From positions 1 to 37,141 of the IMG/VR virus record IMGVR_UViG_3300020045_011693: DNA of 37,141 nt. One strand, 5' to 3'. Positions 26,259-34,684 of the stretch are shown piece after piece (the first letter of the stretch is position 1; every line of letters starts with the position of its first letter). This stretch comes from a virus (lineage: Duplodnaviria; Caudoviricetes). Both the position numbers and the translations under genes were made by a program. The notes beneath the pieces are model-generated. The model made no database searches. It saw only the letters and a list, made by a program, of their open reading frames with translations, and was not told the DNA's origin.

Positions 26259-27718
26259 AGCGGAGCGTAGTGCGTGGTGCGTGGTGCGTGGTAGCGTTGC
26301 TGATGATTTTGTTGGTCGTCAGTCAGGCGAGCGGCCAGCGGTTGGAGTGCGTCTTTGACATCGATGGCGCTGTGGTGGTGCCGCAGTGTGTTGTGGTGCC
26401 CACATCGACGCCGACGCCAACCGAAGAGCCGTCGAGTACGCCGACTGTAACAGCGACAGCAACGGCATCGATGACGCCAACGCCAGTGAATACGAAGCCG
26501 CCAGTTGAGACGCCTGGCGCTGAGATGACGCCGTTTCCAGGTGCACCGCTGTGCGCTGAGCATGACCCTGAGGTGTGGCATTCGCTGTGGAACGCAAAAG
26601 AGGGGTGTCACTATGACCACACGCACGGTCATGACCCGACAGACCCCACGCTAGTGGCGCTGTTTGGCCCGCTCGACTTTGCGTTTGTGCGCAAATGGCA
26701 GACGGTGAATGAGAACCAGGTGAAGCACAAGGGTAACTTTTGTGTGGCGGCGTTCGACCTGCCGTTGGTGCCCTGGGAATTGAACTGGACTAGGGATGTT
26801 TCGGCGGGGATCCGTGACGTTTTTGCTTGCATTCACTTCCACCCTACACATCTGGATGGGGTGGTGCAGGTGCATAGTTTTGAGATGTGGCAGCGGCACT
26901 GTAACCGGGTCGGCACGACGTGGGGTGAGGATTGCGGTTTTGCGCATCTGGGTGGGCACATCAACACCGGGATTGCGCATTGCAATTACAAGGAGCGGCA
27001 TTGCCCGATGTGGACAGACCCTTCGCCGATTCCGGGCTGGCAGTGGATTCCAGGGACGGCGACCAGTGGCAAGTCGATTGATCCCTACCGGGCGCATATG
27101 CGCAGCTGTAGCCAGGTGCTAAGTAAGTTGCGTCAAAATCCAGATGGGTGGCTGCGTGGGGCGTCGCTGGCGCATGAGGATAACAATCGGGACAATCCGG
27201 TGCTGTGGTCGTCTGCACCTGGCGCTTATGGCTATAACCAGCATGGTGGGTTTGCTGTCTTCTCTTTCGACAATGTGACGTGTATCGATTACGAGAAGGG
27301 GCTGGCAGCGGGTGAGCCTGGTTCGTTTGCGTTTACACAGGCGATTGCGGTGGATCTGTGTGCGGAGCGCATCAAGCTGGGGTTGCCGTGTCGCTTTGAT
27401 GGCAGCGTCTTCTCGCTGGTCAATGCCTTTACCATCGTCAAGCCTGGTTGGGACAATGGGGCGATGGACCGCAACCCAGCGTGGGGGCGGGTGACGCTGA
27501 GCGCGTATAGCAATGTGTATGGCGAGTTGGTGGAGAGTTGTGTAGAGGCGGCGGCGAACTGTGTGCCCTTTGTGCTGACCGACGCTTATGTTGGCCAACA
27601 TGGGTTCAATTTTACACAGACCGCTTTCCCGAATGGCAAGGGGCCGTGGATGGAAGACTTTGATCTCTCGCCCGACGGTGAGTATTGGATCAGTGCCTTC
27701 CGCCCACACGGGCATTGA
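26255..27718 (+). CDS. Secreted Cys/His-rich protein with signal peptide and Pro/Thr linker
   Basis: ATG 26255 after GGAGG; signal peptide ending QASG; PTSTPTPT linker; CHYDHTHGHDP motif. Confidence 0.8.
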   Translation: MKRSVVRGAWCVVALLMILLVVSQASGQRLECVFDIDGAVVVPQCVVVPTSTPTPTEEPSSTPTVTATATASMTPTPVNTKPPVETPGAEMTPFPGAPLCAEHDPEVWHSLWNAKEGCHYDHTHGHDPTDPTLVALFGPLDFAFVRKWQTVNENQVKHKGNFCVAAFDLPLVPWELNWTRDVSAGIRDVFACIHFHPTHLDGVVQVHSFEMWQRHCNRVGTTWGEDCGFAHLGGHINTGIAHCNYKERHCPMWTDPSPIPGWQWIPGTATSGKSIDPYRAHMRSCSQVLSKLRQNPDGWLRGASLAHEDNNRDNPVLWSSAPGAYGYNQHGGFAVFSFDNVTCIDYEKGLAAGEPGSFAFTQAIAVDLCAERIKLGLPCRFDGSVFSLVNAFTIVKPGWDNGAMDRNPAWGRVTLSAYSNVYGELVESCVEAAANCVPFVLTDAYVGQHGFNFTQTAFPNGKGPWMEDFDLSPDGEYWISAFRPHGH

Positions 27719-27721
27719 TCG

Positions 27722-27750
27722 CCGACTGATAATAAGCTCTTATCGGCCGG
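27722..27750. repeat. 29-bp site copy 9 (CCGACTGATAA taagctc TTATCGGCCGG)
   Basis: Read directly; the symmetry extends outward as TGATCG...CGATCA. Confidence 0.9.
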
Positions 27751-27761
27751 CGATCAGTGGC

Positions 27762-28040
27762 CTAGTAGCCTTCGGGGACCATCTTCCAGATGGGGACACG
27801 ACAATGGCTGAGTTGGCTGAGTAGTTTTTTCTGCTGCTTGGTGAGTCCACTGGCAAAGAGCGCCCGTTCGAGATTGCTCATCTTGCGCAACACTGCGGCA
27901 AGCGCGGCAGGGTCGAAGGTGGGCTGGTCTGGGTCGAAGGCTGGATGGGTGGGGTCGAGGTGCTCACCGAGCATGATCTCGGATACGCTGAAATGGTCGA
28001 TCAATCTGACGGTGGTGGAGGTTACTTTGCTGGCCGGCAT
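27762..28040 (-). CDS. Hypothetical accessory protein (moron-like, own promoter)
   Basis: Likely start MPASKV at 28040 after CAGGAG; 92 aa. Confidence 0.6.
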   Translation of the reverse strand: MPASKVTSTTVRLIDHFSVSEIMLGEHLDPTHPAFDPDQPTFDPAALAAVLRKMSNLERALFASGLTKQQKKLLSQLSHCRVPIWKMVPEGY

Positions 28041-28239
28041 ACGATTCTCCTGTTTGATAATACACAGACGGGTGGTATCCAAGGAGCCGGCCAGCCTTCG
28101 CATCCCAGCGGTTTCCCGTTGGAGTGTTTACCTTGGATACCACCCGTCTGTGTCGAAAAGTGGTTTATATGGTCCAACGGCATAACAAAACCGCTGGTGT
28201 GATACGAAAGTGGCTGGCCGGCTACTCTTCGCAAGGTCG

Positions 28240-28268
28240 ATTGTAGCACGTTGTAATACACGGGTCAA
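28240..28268 (-). promoter_or_regulatory. Leftward promoter with TGTAATACA in the spacer
   Basis: Minus strand TTGACC-N17-TACAAT with extended -10 TG. Confidence 0.75.
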
Positions 28269-28276
28269 TAGAACAT

Positions 28277-28305
28277 CCGAGCGATAAGTAATTGTTATCA
28301 GTCGG
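28277..28305. repeat. 29-bp site copy 10 (CCGAGCGATAA gtaattg TTATCAGTCGG)
   Basis: Read directly. Confidence 0.9.
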
Positions 28306-28343
28306 CAGCCCCACCCCAACCCTCCCCGAAAAGAGGGAGGGAG
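28306..28343. repeat. REP-like hairpin, copy 2
   Basis: One mismatch to copy 1. Confidence 0.85.
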
Positions 28344-28370
28344 TGGTCACGGTAGGATGATTGGAGGATT

Positions 28371-29636
28371 ATGCCAAAGGTAGAAACACAGAAGCTGTTA
28401 GAGGCGAGGAATGTGGGCGAGTGGTTGGAGGCTCGTTTGCATTTGATGTTTACTGAGATCGCAGACGGGATGTTTGGCGATGGTCGTTTGACGCGGGATG
28501 AGCGGATTGCGTTGTCCGGGGCGATTGGTGGTGCGCTGGATGCGTTCCGGGCAACGGTGGAGGCGGGTGCTGCGCAACTCTATCAACGGGACCCGTATAG
28601 CGAGCCTTCGAGCCAACCCATGAGCGAGGCTTCGATCGACGGTGCGTTTATGCCGTTGCTCGAACGGGCGCTGCGGGCGGACGGCACGATTCCACTCAAG
28701 CTGATCAAGCCAGGCTGGGGAACAAGTGGTTATTACCCGGCTGAGATTCTGGAGCGGGATGGGCCGAAGGTCTTCACTAAAGGTACCAAAATGTTTTGGA
28801 ATCATCCGACGGTGACTGAAGAGGCTGAGCGGCCAGAGGGTGATCTGAACGCGTTGGCGGCTGAACTGGTGGACGCTGCCAGGTGGGATCAGAACGGGGT
28901 GGATGGTCCCGGCCTGTATGCGAATGCCAAGGTCTTCGAGGCGTTTCAGCAACCGGTCGGTGACTTGGCACCGCACATTGGTGTGAGCATTCGGGCGTTT
29001 GGTCCTGCGGTCACGGGTGAGGCTGAGGGGCGACGTGGTGCCATCATCCAGGGGATTCGCAGCGCTCGTAGTGTGGATTTTGTGACAAGCCCTGGGGCGG
29101 GCGGGAAGATTCTAGAATTGTTCGAGGCGGCCCGGCCGGGGAAAGTTGGGCAGTTGGTCAGTGAACCAGTGAGTCAGTCAAAAGGTAAAGGAGCCGATAT
29201 GACAGATGTCGAGAAGCAGTTCAAGGAGGCGAGTGATCGCCTGGCGGTGCTTGAGCAGCAGAATGCGCGCTTGCGGGAGTCGCTTCTGCTACGAGAGAGC
29301 CGTGATTTTGTGGTGGGGCAGTTGACAGCCAGTACGTTGCCTGAGATTACAAAGGTGCGGCTGGCGCAGTCGTTAGGGGCGAATCCGCCAGTCAAGGAGG
29401 GGGCGCTGGATACCACGCTCTTCAGCACTCAGATTGCCGAGGCGGTCAAGGTCGAGACTGAGTATATCGCGCAGATTGTTGGGGCTGGGAAGATTGCTGG
29501 CATGGGTGGCAGCGGCAGCGCTGCCCTGCAACTTCCCAGCGCTGAGGATGTGCAAAAGCGGCTGGCTGAGGCTTTCAGTGGGTTAGGGTTGGGAGAGAAG
29601 GAACTGAAGCACGCGGTGAATGGCCGTTTGCTCTAA
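28371..29636 (+). CDS. Prohead protease / scaffolding protein
   Basis: GWGTSGYY, MFWNHP, IGVSIRA and SVDFVTSPGAGG motifs followed by a helical scaffold-like C-terminus. Confidence 0.8.
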   Translation: MPKVETQKLLEARNVGEWLEARLHLMFTEIADGMFGDGRLTRDERIALSGAIGGALDAFRATVEAGAAQLYQRDPYSEPSSQPMSEASIDGAFMPLLERALRADGTIPLKLIKPGWGTSGYYPAEILERDGPKVFTKGTKMFWNHPTVTEEAERPEGDLNALAAELVDAARWDQNGVDGPGLYANAKVFEAFQQPVGDLAPHIGVSIRAFGPAVTGEAEGRRGAIIQGIRSARSVDFVTSPGAGGKILELFEAARPGKVGQLVSEPVSQSKGKGADMTDVEKQFKEASDRLAVLEQQNARLRESLLLRESRDFVVGQLTASTLPEITKVRLAQSLGANPPVKEGALDTTLFSTQIAEAVKVETEYIAQIVGAGKIAGMGGSGSAALQLPSAEDVQKRLAEAFSGLGLGEKELKHAVNGRLL

Positions 29637-29677
29637 TCCTCTTATCTCGATAATAAGCAGGAATATCAGGAGATTTT

Positions 29678-30022
29678 ATGGCACAAAACATGATTCAGGC
29701 GGTGGGTGACATCCTTGATGTTGCGATCGCCAGCAAGGTGAGCGGGGACCCTGGTGTAAAGGGGCAAATCCCTGGGGTGTGTCTGACCGACACGGATGCG
29801 GATGGCAAAGTGCGCTTGCAACTGAATGGCGTCTATGACGTGTCGGTGAAGGGCGTCAATGGCGGCGGCAACTCGGCGGTAGCGATCGGGGACATCATCT
29901 ACTACACCGAAGGTGATACGCCCAAGCTGAACAAAAAGACGGACGGGGTGCGCTTTGGCTATGCGCTGGAGGCAATCACCAGCGGTAGCACAGACACGAT
30001 CAAGGTGAAGCTGGGCTACTAA
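29678..30022 (+). CDS. DUF2190-like capsid cement/decoration protein
   Basis: 114 aa with MAQN...G start, GVYDVSV, GDIIYY and FGYALE; lies between scaffold and capsid genes. Confidence 0.8.
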   Translation: MAQNMIQAVGDILDVAIASKVSGDPGVKGQIPGVCLTDTDADGKVRLQLNGVYDVSVKGVNGGGNSAVAIGDIIYYTEGDTPKLNKKTDGVRFGYALEAITSGSTDTIKVKLGY

Positions 30023-30069
30023 GCTGTTGCCCAGCAGTTATTTGATAGACAAGCATCAGGAGACTATTT

Positions 30070-31269
30070 ATGGACGAGTATAACCTGCTTGAATCGGGCG
30101 ACTTGACAGGGTACGCCAAGTTTCAGGCACAACGCAATCAGCAGCATCTGGCGCGGGTGGCCAGTGCTGCGATGCTGTGGGGTGACCTGCTGAATGGCAA
30201 GGTGCCGAGCTACTATATGCACGAAGCGATTTCGCCGCGTACGCCAGCGATGATCTACGCGCTGAATAACAACTATCCGGGGCTGTTTAGTGTGCGTGAG
30301 AGCATGACGCGCAGCGACTTTCCGTTGCTGACCGGGGATGTGTTGGACCGCATGACGTTGGGGCGCTACCGGGAGTTTCCATCACCCTGGCGTAGCTTCT
30401 GCAGGGTGAGCAACAATCTGCGCGACTTCCGCACGGTGCGACGCATCGCAGCGGATGGGTTGGAGGGCACGTGGAGCGCTCAGGCTGAAGAGGCTGAGCT
30501 AGAATATGCGTCGATGGACGAGACGGGCTACACCTATGCGCCCAAGAAGTATGCGAAGGGCACGAAGATCAGCTTCGAGGCGATCATGAATGACGACCTT
30601 GATGTCTTCAGTTCGGCACCTGACCGCTTAGGTCGGGGTGGGGCGCGCACGGTGTCCAAATTCGCCACACAGCTCTATGTGGATGCGAGTGGGCCACATG
30701 CCAGCCTCTACACGGGGGGCAATGCCAACATTGTCACCAGCAACCCGGTGCTGTCGGTAGCGGCGCTGAACACAGCGTTCACCAAGCTGGGGGCGATGGT
30801 GGATGCGGATGGCGAGCCGATCTATGTCGAGGAAGCTATTCTTGTCATTCCTCCGGCGCTGCGCGTCACGGCCAATAACATCATGAATCAGTTGTCGGTC
30901 GATGTGAATGAGGCAGGCGGCACGGCCAACCAGATGGTGCGTGTGAACAACTGGATTGTGGGCAATCTGCGCGTGGTAACTGACCCGTACATTCCGATTG
31001 TGGCGAGCACTGCGAACGGCAACACGAGCTGGTTCCTGTTTGCCGACCCATCCATGGGGCGGCCAGCGTTGGAGGTCGGTTTCATCACAGGGTTCAGTGA
31101 GCCAGCCCTCTACCAAAAGCAGAGCAACACCATGCGGGTGGGTGGTGGCGTCGAGCAGATGAGCGGTGACTTCAGCACGATGAGCCAAGAGTACAAGGGT
31201 GTGATCGCCTTTGGCGGCACGCGCTTGGATCCAAAATCAACCGTGGGGAGCAATGGGAGCGGATCCTAG
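30070..31269 (+). CDS. Major capsid protein (Mu gpT-like)
   Basis: ESMTRSDFP, DFR, ISFEAIMNDDL, LVIPPAL and WFLFADP motifs; synteny. Confidence 0.9.
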   Translation: MDEYNLLESGDLTGYAKFQAQRNQQHLARVASAAMLWGDLLNGKVPSYYMHEAISPRTPAMIYALNNNYPGLFSVRESMTRSDFPLLTGDVLDRMTLGRYREFPSPWRSFCRVSNNLRDFRTVRRIAADGLEGTWSAQAEEAELEYASMDETGYTYAPKKYAKGTKISFEAIMNDDLDVFSSAPDRLGRGGARTVSKFATQLYVDASGPHASLYTGGNANIVTSNPVLSVAALNTAFTKLGAMVDADGEPIYVEEAILVIPPALRVTANNIMNQLSVDVNEAGGTANQMVRVNNWIVGNLRVVTDPYIPIVASTANGNTSWFLFADPSMGRPALEVGFITGFSEPALYQKQSNTMRVGGGVEQMSGDFSTMSQEYKGVIAFGGTRLDPKSTVGSNGSGS

Positions 31270-31442
31270 TGGACCCTCGCCCTTTACCCAACCCAGTGAC
31301 GGTGAACGATTCGCTGCTGTATGAGCTGATCTTGGAGGTTCGTGCGCTGCGGGCGTTGCTGGAACCAAAGCCAGAAGCGCCCAGCGAGGGTGACATCGAA
31401 CTGAGAGAACCCGCCAAGAAAGCCAAGAAGAAAGGCGAATAG
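31269..31442 (+). CDS. Small hypothetical protein after the capsid gene (57 aa)
   Basis: Translated by hand; GTG overlaps the capsid stop, Lys-rich tail, fills the gap exactly. Confidence 0.6.
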   Translation: MDPRPLPNPVTVNDSLLYELILEVRALRALLEPKPEAPSEGDIELREPAKKAKKKGE

Positions 31443-31443
31443 C

Positions 31444-31833
31444 ATGGCATTCACCTATGTACTATCCACTGACATCGGCAAGGTGCGGTTGCTGACGATG
31501 GATAATAATTCCAGCAACTACACCTTTGAGGATGAAGAGGTCGAGGTCTTTCTGGCGATGGAGACGGGCGTAAAACGCGCTACTGCGCTGGCGTTGGAGA
31601 CGATTGCCAGCAATGAGGCGTTTGTGCTCAAGCGCATCGAATTGCTTGACCTGAAGACGGACGGTCCAGCCGTGGCCAAGGAGTTGCGGGCACGGGCGGC
31701 AGATCTGCGAACTCAGGCAGAGCGAGACGAGGCGAGCGAAGATGGGGGCAGCTTCGATATTGCTGAGCAGGTGGTGGACGCGTTCACATATCGGCAGCGG
31801 CAAATCAATGAGTCGCTGCGGGGGGTGCTGTAG
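31444..31833 (+). CDS. Head-tail connector / adaptor protein
   Basis: MAFTY...KVRLL...FEDEEV pattern and synteny. Confidence 0.75.
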   Translation: MAFTYVLSTDIGKVRLLTMDNNSSNYTFEDEEVEVFLAMETGVKRATALALETIASNEAFVLKRIELLDLKTDGPAVAKELRARAADLRTQAERDEASEDGGSFDIAEQVVDAFTYRQRQINESLRGVL

Positions 31834-32198
31834 TGGCCAACCAACTGGGGATTGTCCATGCTGATCTGATCACTCGTCTTCAGCCCACCTTCTATCCAAC
31901 ATCGGCGACGATTCGACGCAAGACACGGTCGAGCGATGGGATGGGCGGGCAGAGCGAGACTTGGGCGGATGTGGCAACGGTGAAGTGCCGCTATGCGCCC
32001 AGTAGTGGCAAGGCAGACGAGCAAATCAATGCCGAGCGTCTTGAGAACGCCTCTTCGTGGACGATTGCCTTTGCGGGTGCGCCGGATGTGCGTGATGCGG
32101 ACCGAATTGTGATCGGGGCGCGCACGTTCGAGGTGGTGAAGGCGCTGAGTCACACAGTGGCCAGCCCGCTGAGCGTAAATGTGGTTGAAGTTGTGTAG
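31833..32198 (+). CDS. Head closure protein (SPP1 gp16-like)
   Basis: DGMGG...TW and DRIVIGARTFEV motifs. Confidence 0.8.
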   Translation: MANQLGIVHADLITRLQPTFYPTSATIRRKTRSSDGMGGQSETWADVATVKCRYAPSSGKADEQINAERLENASSWTIAFAGAPDVRDADRIVIGARTFEVVKALSHTVASPLSVNVVEVV

Positions 32199-32206
32199 TT
32201 GATTCT

Positions 32207-32235
32207 CCGACTGATAACAAACAATTATCGGTCGG
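32207..32235. repeat. 29-bp site copy 11 (CCGACTGATAA caaacaa TTATCGGTCGG)
   Basis: Read directly. Confidence 0.9.
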
Positions 32236-32273
32236 CAGCCCCACCCCAGCCCTCCCCGAAAAGAGGGAGGGAG
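32236..32273. repeat. REP-like hairpin, copy 3
   Basis: Identical to copy 1 over the core. Confidence 0.85.
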
Positions 32274-32304
32274 CGGTCATGGGGTAGATAAAGATTGGAG
32301 GCTT

Positions 32305-32694
32305 ATGCCGATTGCGATTGAGGTGAGGTCGAATAAATTGCCAGGGATGGGTGAGAGAATGCTGTCGGAGGTGGCGCAGGTTGTGGCGGCGGCTGCGCTA
32401 AATTGCCAGTCACTGGCGAAGGTATTGGCGCCACCTAGACCGGGTGGAAACAAAACGTCTGGTAACTTAAAGCGGTCTATCGGGGCTGAGCCTGAAAATG
32501 CTGAGAAAACGGTGTGGGTGGTGGGAACAAACGTTGAATATGCCGCTCGTATTGAGTTTGGGTTCAACGACACAGACAGTCTGGGGCGTCGGTATCATCA
32601 AGCGCCACAACCCTACTTGACCCCAGCAGCGGAACAAATACGGCCACGGTTTATTGCTGATCTGGAACGTGTGGTGAAGGAAATTGCCTCGTGA
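32305..32694 (+). CDS. HK97 gp10-like tail completion protein
   Basis: SGNLKRSI, VGTNVEYA..IEFG and PQPYLTPA motifs. Confidence 0.88.
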   Translation: MPIAIEVRSNKLPGMGERMLSEVAQVVAAAALNCQSLAKVLAPPRPGGNKTSGNLKRSIGAEPENAEKTVWVVGTNVEYAARIEFGFNDTDSLGRRYHQAPQPYLTPAAEQIRPRFIADLERVVKEIAS

Positions 32695-33107
32695 TTGAAC
32701 CACTGCGTGGACATGAATGGCTGTATACCGTGCTATCTGGGGATGCGACGATCACCAGCCTGGTGGGAAGTCGCATCTACGATGGCATCTCGCCGCAAGG
32801 GGTTATTTTTCCCTATATCATCTACAGTTTTTTGGGTGGTGCGGATACACGAGGGGTAGGCACGGTTAGAGTGTTCAACAGTGGTTTGTACCAGGTAAAA
32901 GCTGTCTGTGAAGGCGAGAGCTACGCACCTGCTGCTGCGATTGCGGACCGGATAGACGAGCTGATCCACGGCAATCGGGGCAGTGTGAGTGATGGCTCGG
33001 TGGTGGATTGTGTGCGTGAGCAGCCGCTCACGTTGATTGAGCAACAGAACGGAGTCCAGTACCGTCATGTGGGCGGGCTGTATCGAATTATCGTACAGGA
33101 GGCGTAA
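32691..33107 (+). CDS. Tail terminator (DUF3168-like)
   Basis: LYTVLSGD..LVGSRIYD..P...FPYI pattern and synteny. Confidence 0.8.
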   Translation: MIEPLRGHEWLYTVLSGDATITSLVGSRIYDGISPQGVIFPYIIYSFLGGADTRGVGTVRVFNSGLYQVKAVCEGESYAPAAAIADRIDELIHGNRGSVSDGSVVDCVREQPLTLIEQQNGVQYRHVGGLYRIIVQEA

Positions 33108-33108
33108 T

Positions 33109-34089
33109 ATGGCTGAGAGATCAACCCTATCACAGGGTGTGCAAATCGGGGTGGAGACGACACCCGGCACGGCTGTCGCTGCCAACAAGAAGTTGTTGGC
33201 GACGAGCATCGAGCTGGGCATCCAGGCCAACATCAGTACTTTTCGTCCGAGTGGCGGGAAGTTTGCGACGATCCAGGCCATGGGTAAGGAGTGGGCGAAG
33301 GCGAAGATTTCGGGGCAGCTCACGTATACCGACCTGGTGTATTTGGCATCGAGCAACATTAAGTACGCTGCGCCTGTCCAGCAGGCTGCCACGGCGGCGT
33401 ACAAGTGGACGCATTTTCCGGCGCAGAGTGCAGAGGACACGGTCAAGACTTTCACTGTGGAGAATGGTAGCGCTGTGCGGGCGCACAAGGCGGCGTATGG
33501 CATCGTCAACTCGCTGGGGTATATGGTGACGCGTGACAAGACAGAGATCAAGGGTGAGATGTTGATGCAACGCGTCACGGATGGTATCACGTTGACAGCT
33601 ACGCCAACAGATGTAGCGCTGAAACCGATTCTGCCCTCGCAATTTGACTATTATGCGGATGACGCATCTGGCGACCTGGGAACGACGAAGTTGCTGCGTG
33701 TGTTTAGCATCGACTGGGATTTCAGCAATCGCTTTGGCCCGGTATGGCCGATCGACAGCGCACAGGCTAGCTTTGCGGCACATGTGGAAACTGAGCCACA
33801 ACCGTTGCTGAAGGTTGTTTTGGCTGCCGATGCTGTCGGTATGGGGTATCTGGCGAATGCCCGCACCGGGGATAAGAAGTTTATCCGCATCCAGGCAACG
33901 GGTGAGAACATCGAAGATACCTACGATTACAGCATGATTCATGACATCTGTGGTGTGGTTTCGGCGGTCGAGGAGTTCAAAGACCACGAGGGGGTTTATG
34001 CCATCGGCTATACCTTCCGCTGCGCGTATGATGCGACGTGGGGCAAGGCGTTTAACCTCGAAGTAATTAATGCGTTGACGGGGCTGTGA
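33109..34089 (+). CDS. Major tail (tube) protein
   Basis: ATG 33109 after AGGAGG; IGVETTPGT start motif; synteny. Confidence 0.82.
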   Translation: MAERSTLSQGVQIGVETTPGTAVAANKKLLATSIELGIQANISTFRPSGGKFATIQAMGKEWAKAKISGQLTYTDLVYLASSNIKYAAPVQQAATAAYKWTHFPAQSAEDTVKTFTVENGSAVRAHKAAYGIVNSLGYMVTRDKTEIKGEMLMQRVTDGITLTATPTDVALKPILPSQFDYYADDASGDLGTTKLLRVFSIDWDFSNRFGPVWPIDSAQASFAAHVETEPQPLLKVVLAADAVGMGYLANARTGDKKFIRIQATGENIEDTYDYSMIHDICGVVSAVEEFKDHEGVYAIGYTFRCAYDATWGKAFNLEVINALTGL

Positions 34090-34091
34090 TC

Positions 34092-34502
34092 ATGAAACTT
34101 CATAGTGTTTTATCGAACGTTAAGCGGCTGGCGATTGACATTGATGGTGATGTGCTCAATGTGGCGTATCGACCGAATGTGATTACGACGGAGTTCAAGA
34201 GTAAGTTGGTTGGCTTTGCCGAACGGATTGATAGTGTTCGTGCCGAAGATGAGGATAAAGACGATCTCAGACAGGGGTTGCTATCGATCCAGATGAGCGC
34301 AGAGATGTCGGATATTTACGTGAAGCAACTGGTTGCATTTGTGGCGGAGTGGGACCTGACCGAGGACGATGGTCAAATGGTGGCTCTCACCTCGGAACGA
34401 GTCGGACAATTGCCGGAACGGTTCATCCAAACTGTTATGCAGGCAATCAACCAGGACAATCGACCGGACCCTACGAAGCCCTCTCGCTCACGCGCTACCT
34501 AA
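34092..34502 (+). CDS. Tail assembly chaperone (G-like)
   Basis: Between the tail tube and TMP genes; VAEWDL motif; ends near DPT. Confidence 0.75.
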   Translation: MKLHSVLSNVKRLAIDIDGDVLNVAYRPNVITTEFKSKLVGFAERIDSVRAEDEDKDDLRQGLLSIQMSAEMSDIYVKQLVAFVAEWDLTEDDGQMVALTSERVGQLPERFIQTVMQAINQDNRPDPTKPSRSRAT

Positions 34503-34684
34503 AACACGGTGGCATCATGGGCGAGTTGCCGGATTGGTATTTGCTGATTCGAGCGGCGCGCTATTTGCAGACTACGCCGTGGGAGTTGGCAAAACAATCT
34601 GAGTTTTGGGTTGGTGCCGCAATGGCTGCGCAGAACGCTGAGATTGAGGCGGAGAATTTTCGACATGAGCATCACGGTCGCTGA
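34466..34684 (+). CDS. Tail assembly chaperone frameshift extension (GT-like, -1 frame)
   Basis: Open -1 frame (GPYEALS...AARYLQTTPWEL) overlapping the end of G and running to the TMP start. Confidence 0.6.
   Translation, partial: GPYEALSLTRYLKHGGIMGELPDWYLLIRAARYLQTTPWELAKQSEFWVGAAMAAQNAEIEAENFRHEHHGR

Noticed and set aside
29639-29670. CTCGATAATAAGCAGGAATATCAGG as another 29-bp site
   Set aside because: It has no exact CCGACTGATAA arm and the spacing is wrong; at best a decayed copy.
33865-33891. GGGGATAAGAAGTTTATCCGC in the tail tube gene as a site
   Set aside because: The spacer is 5 bp and neither outer arm matches.
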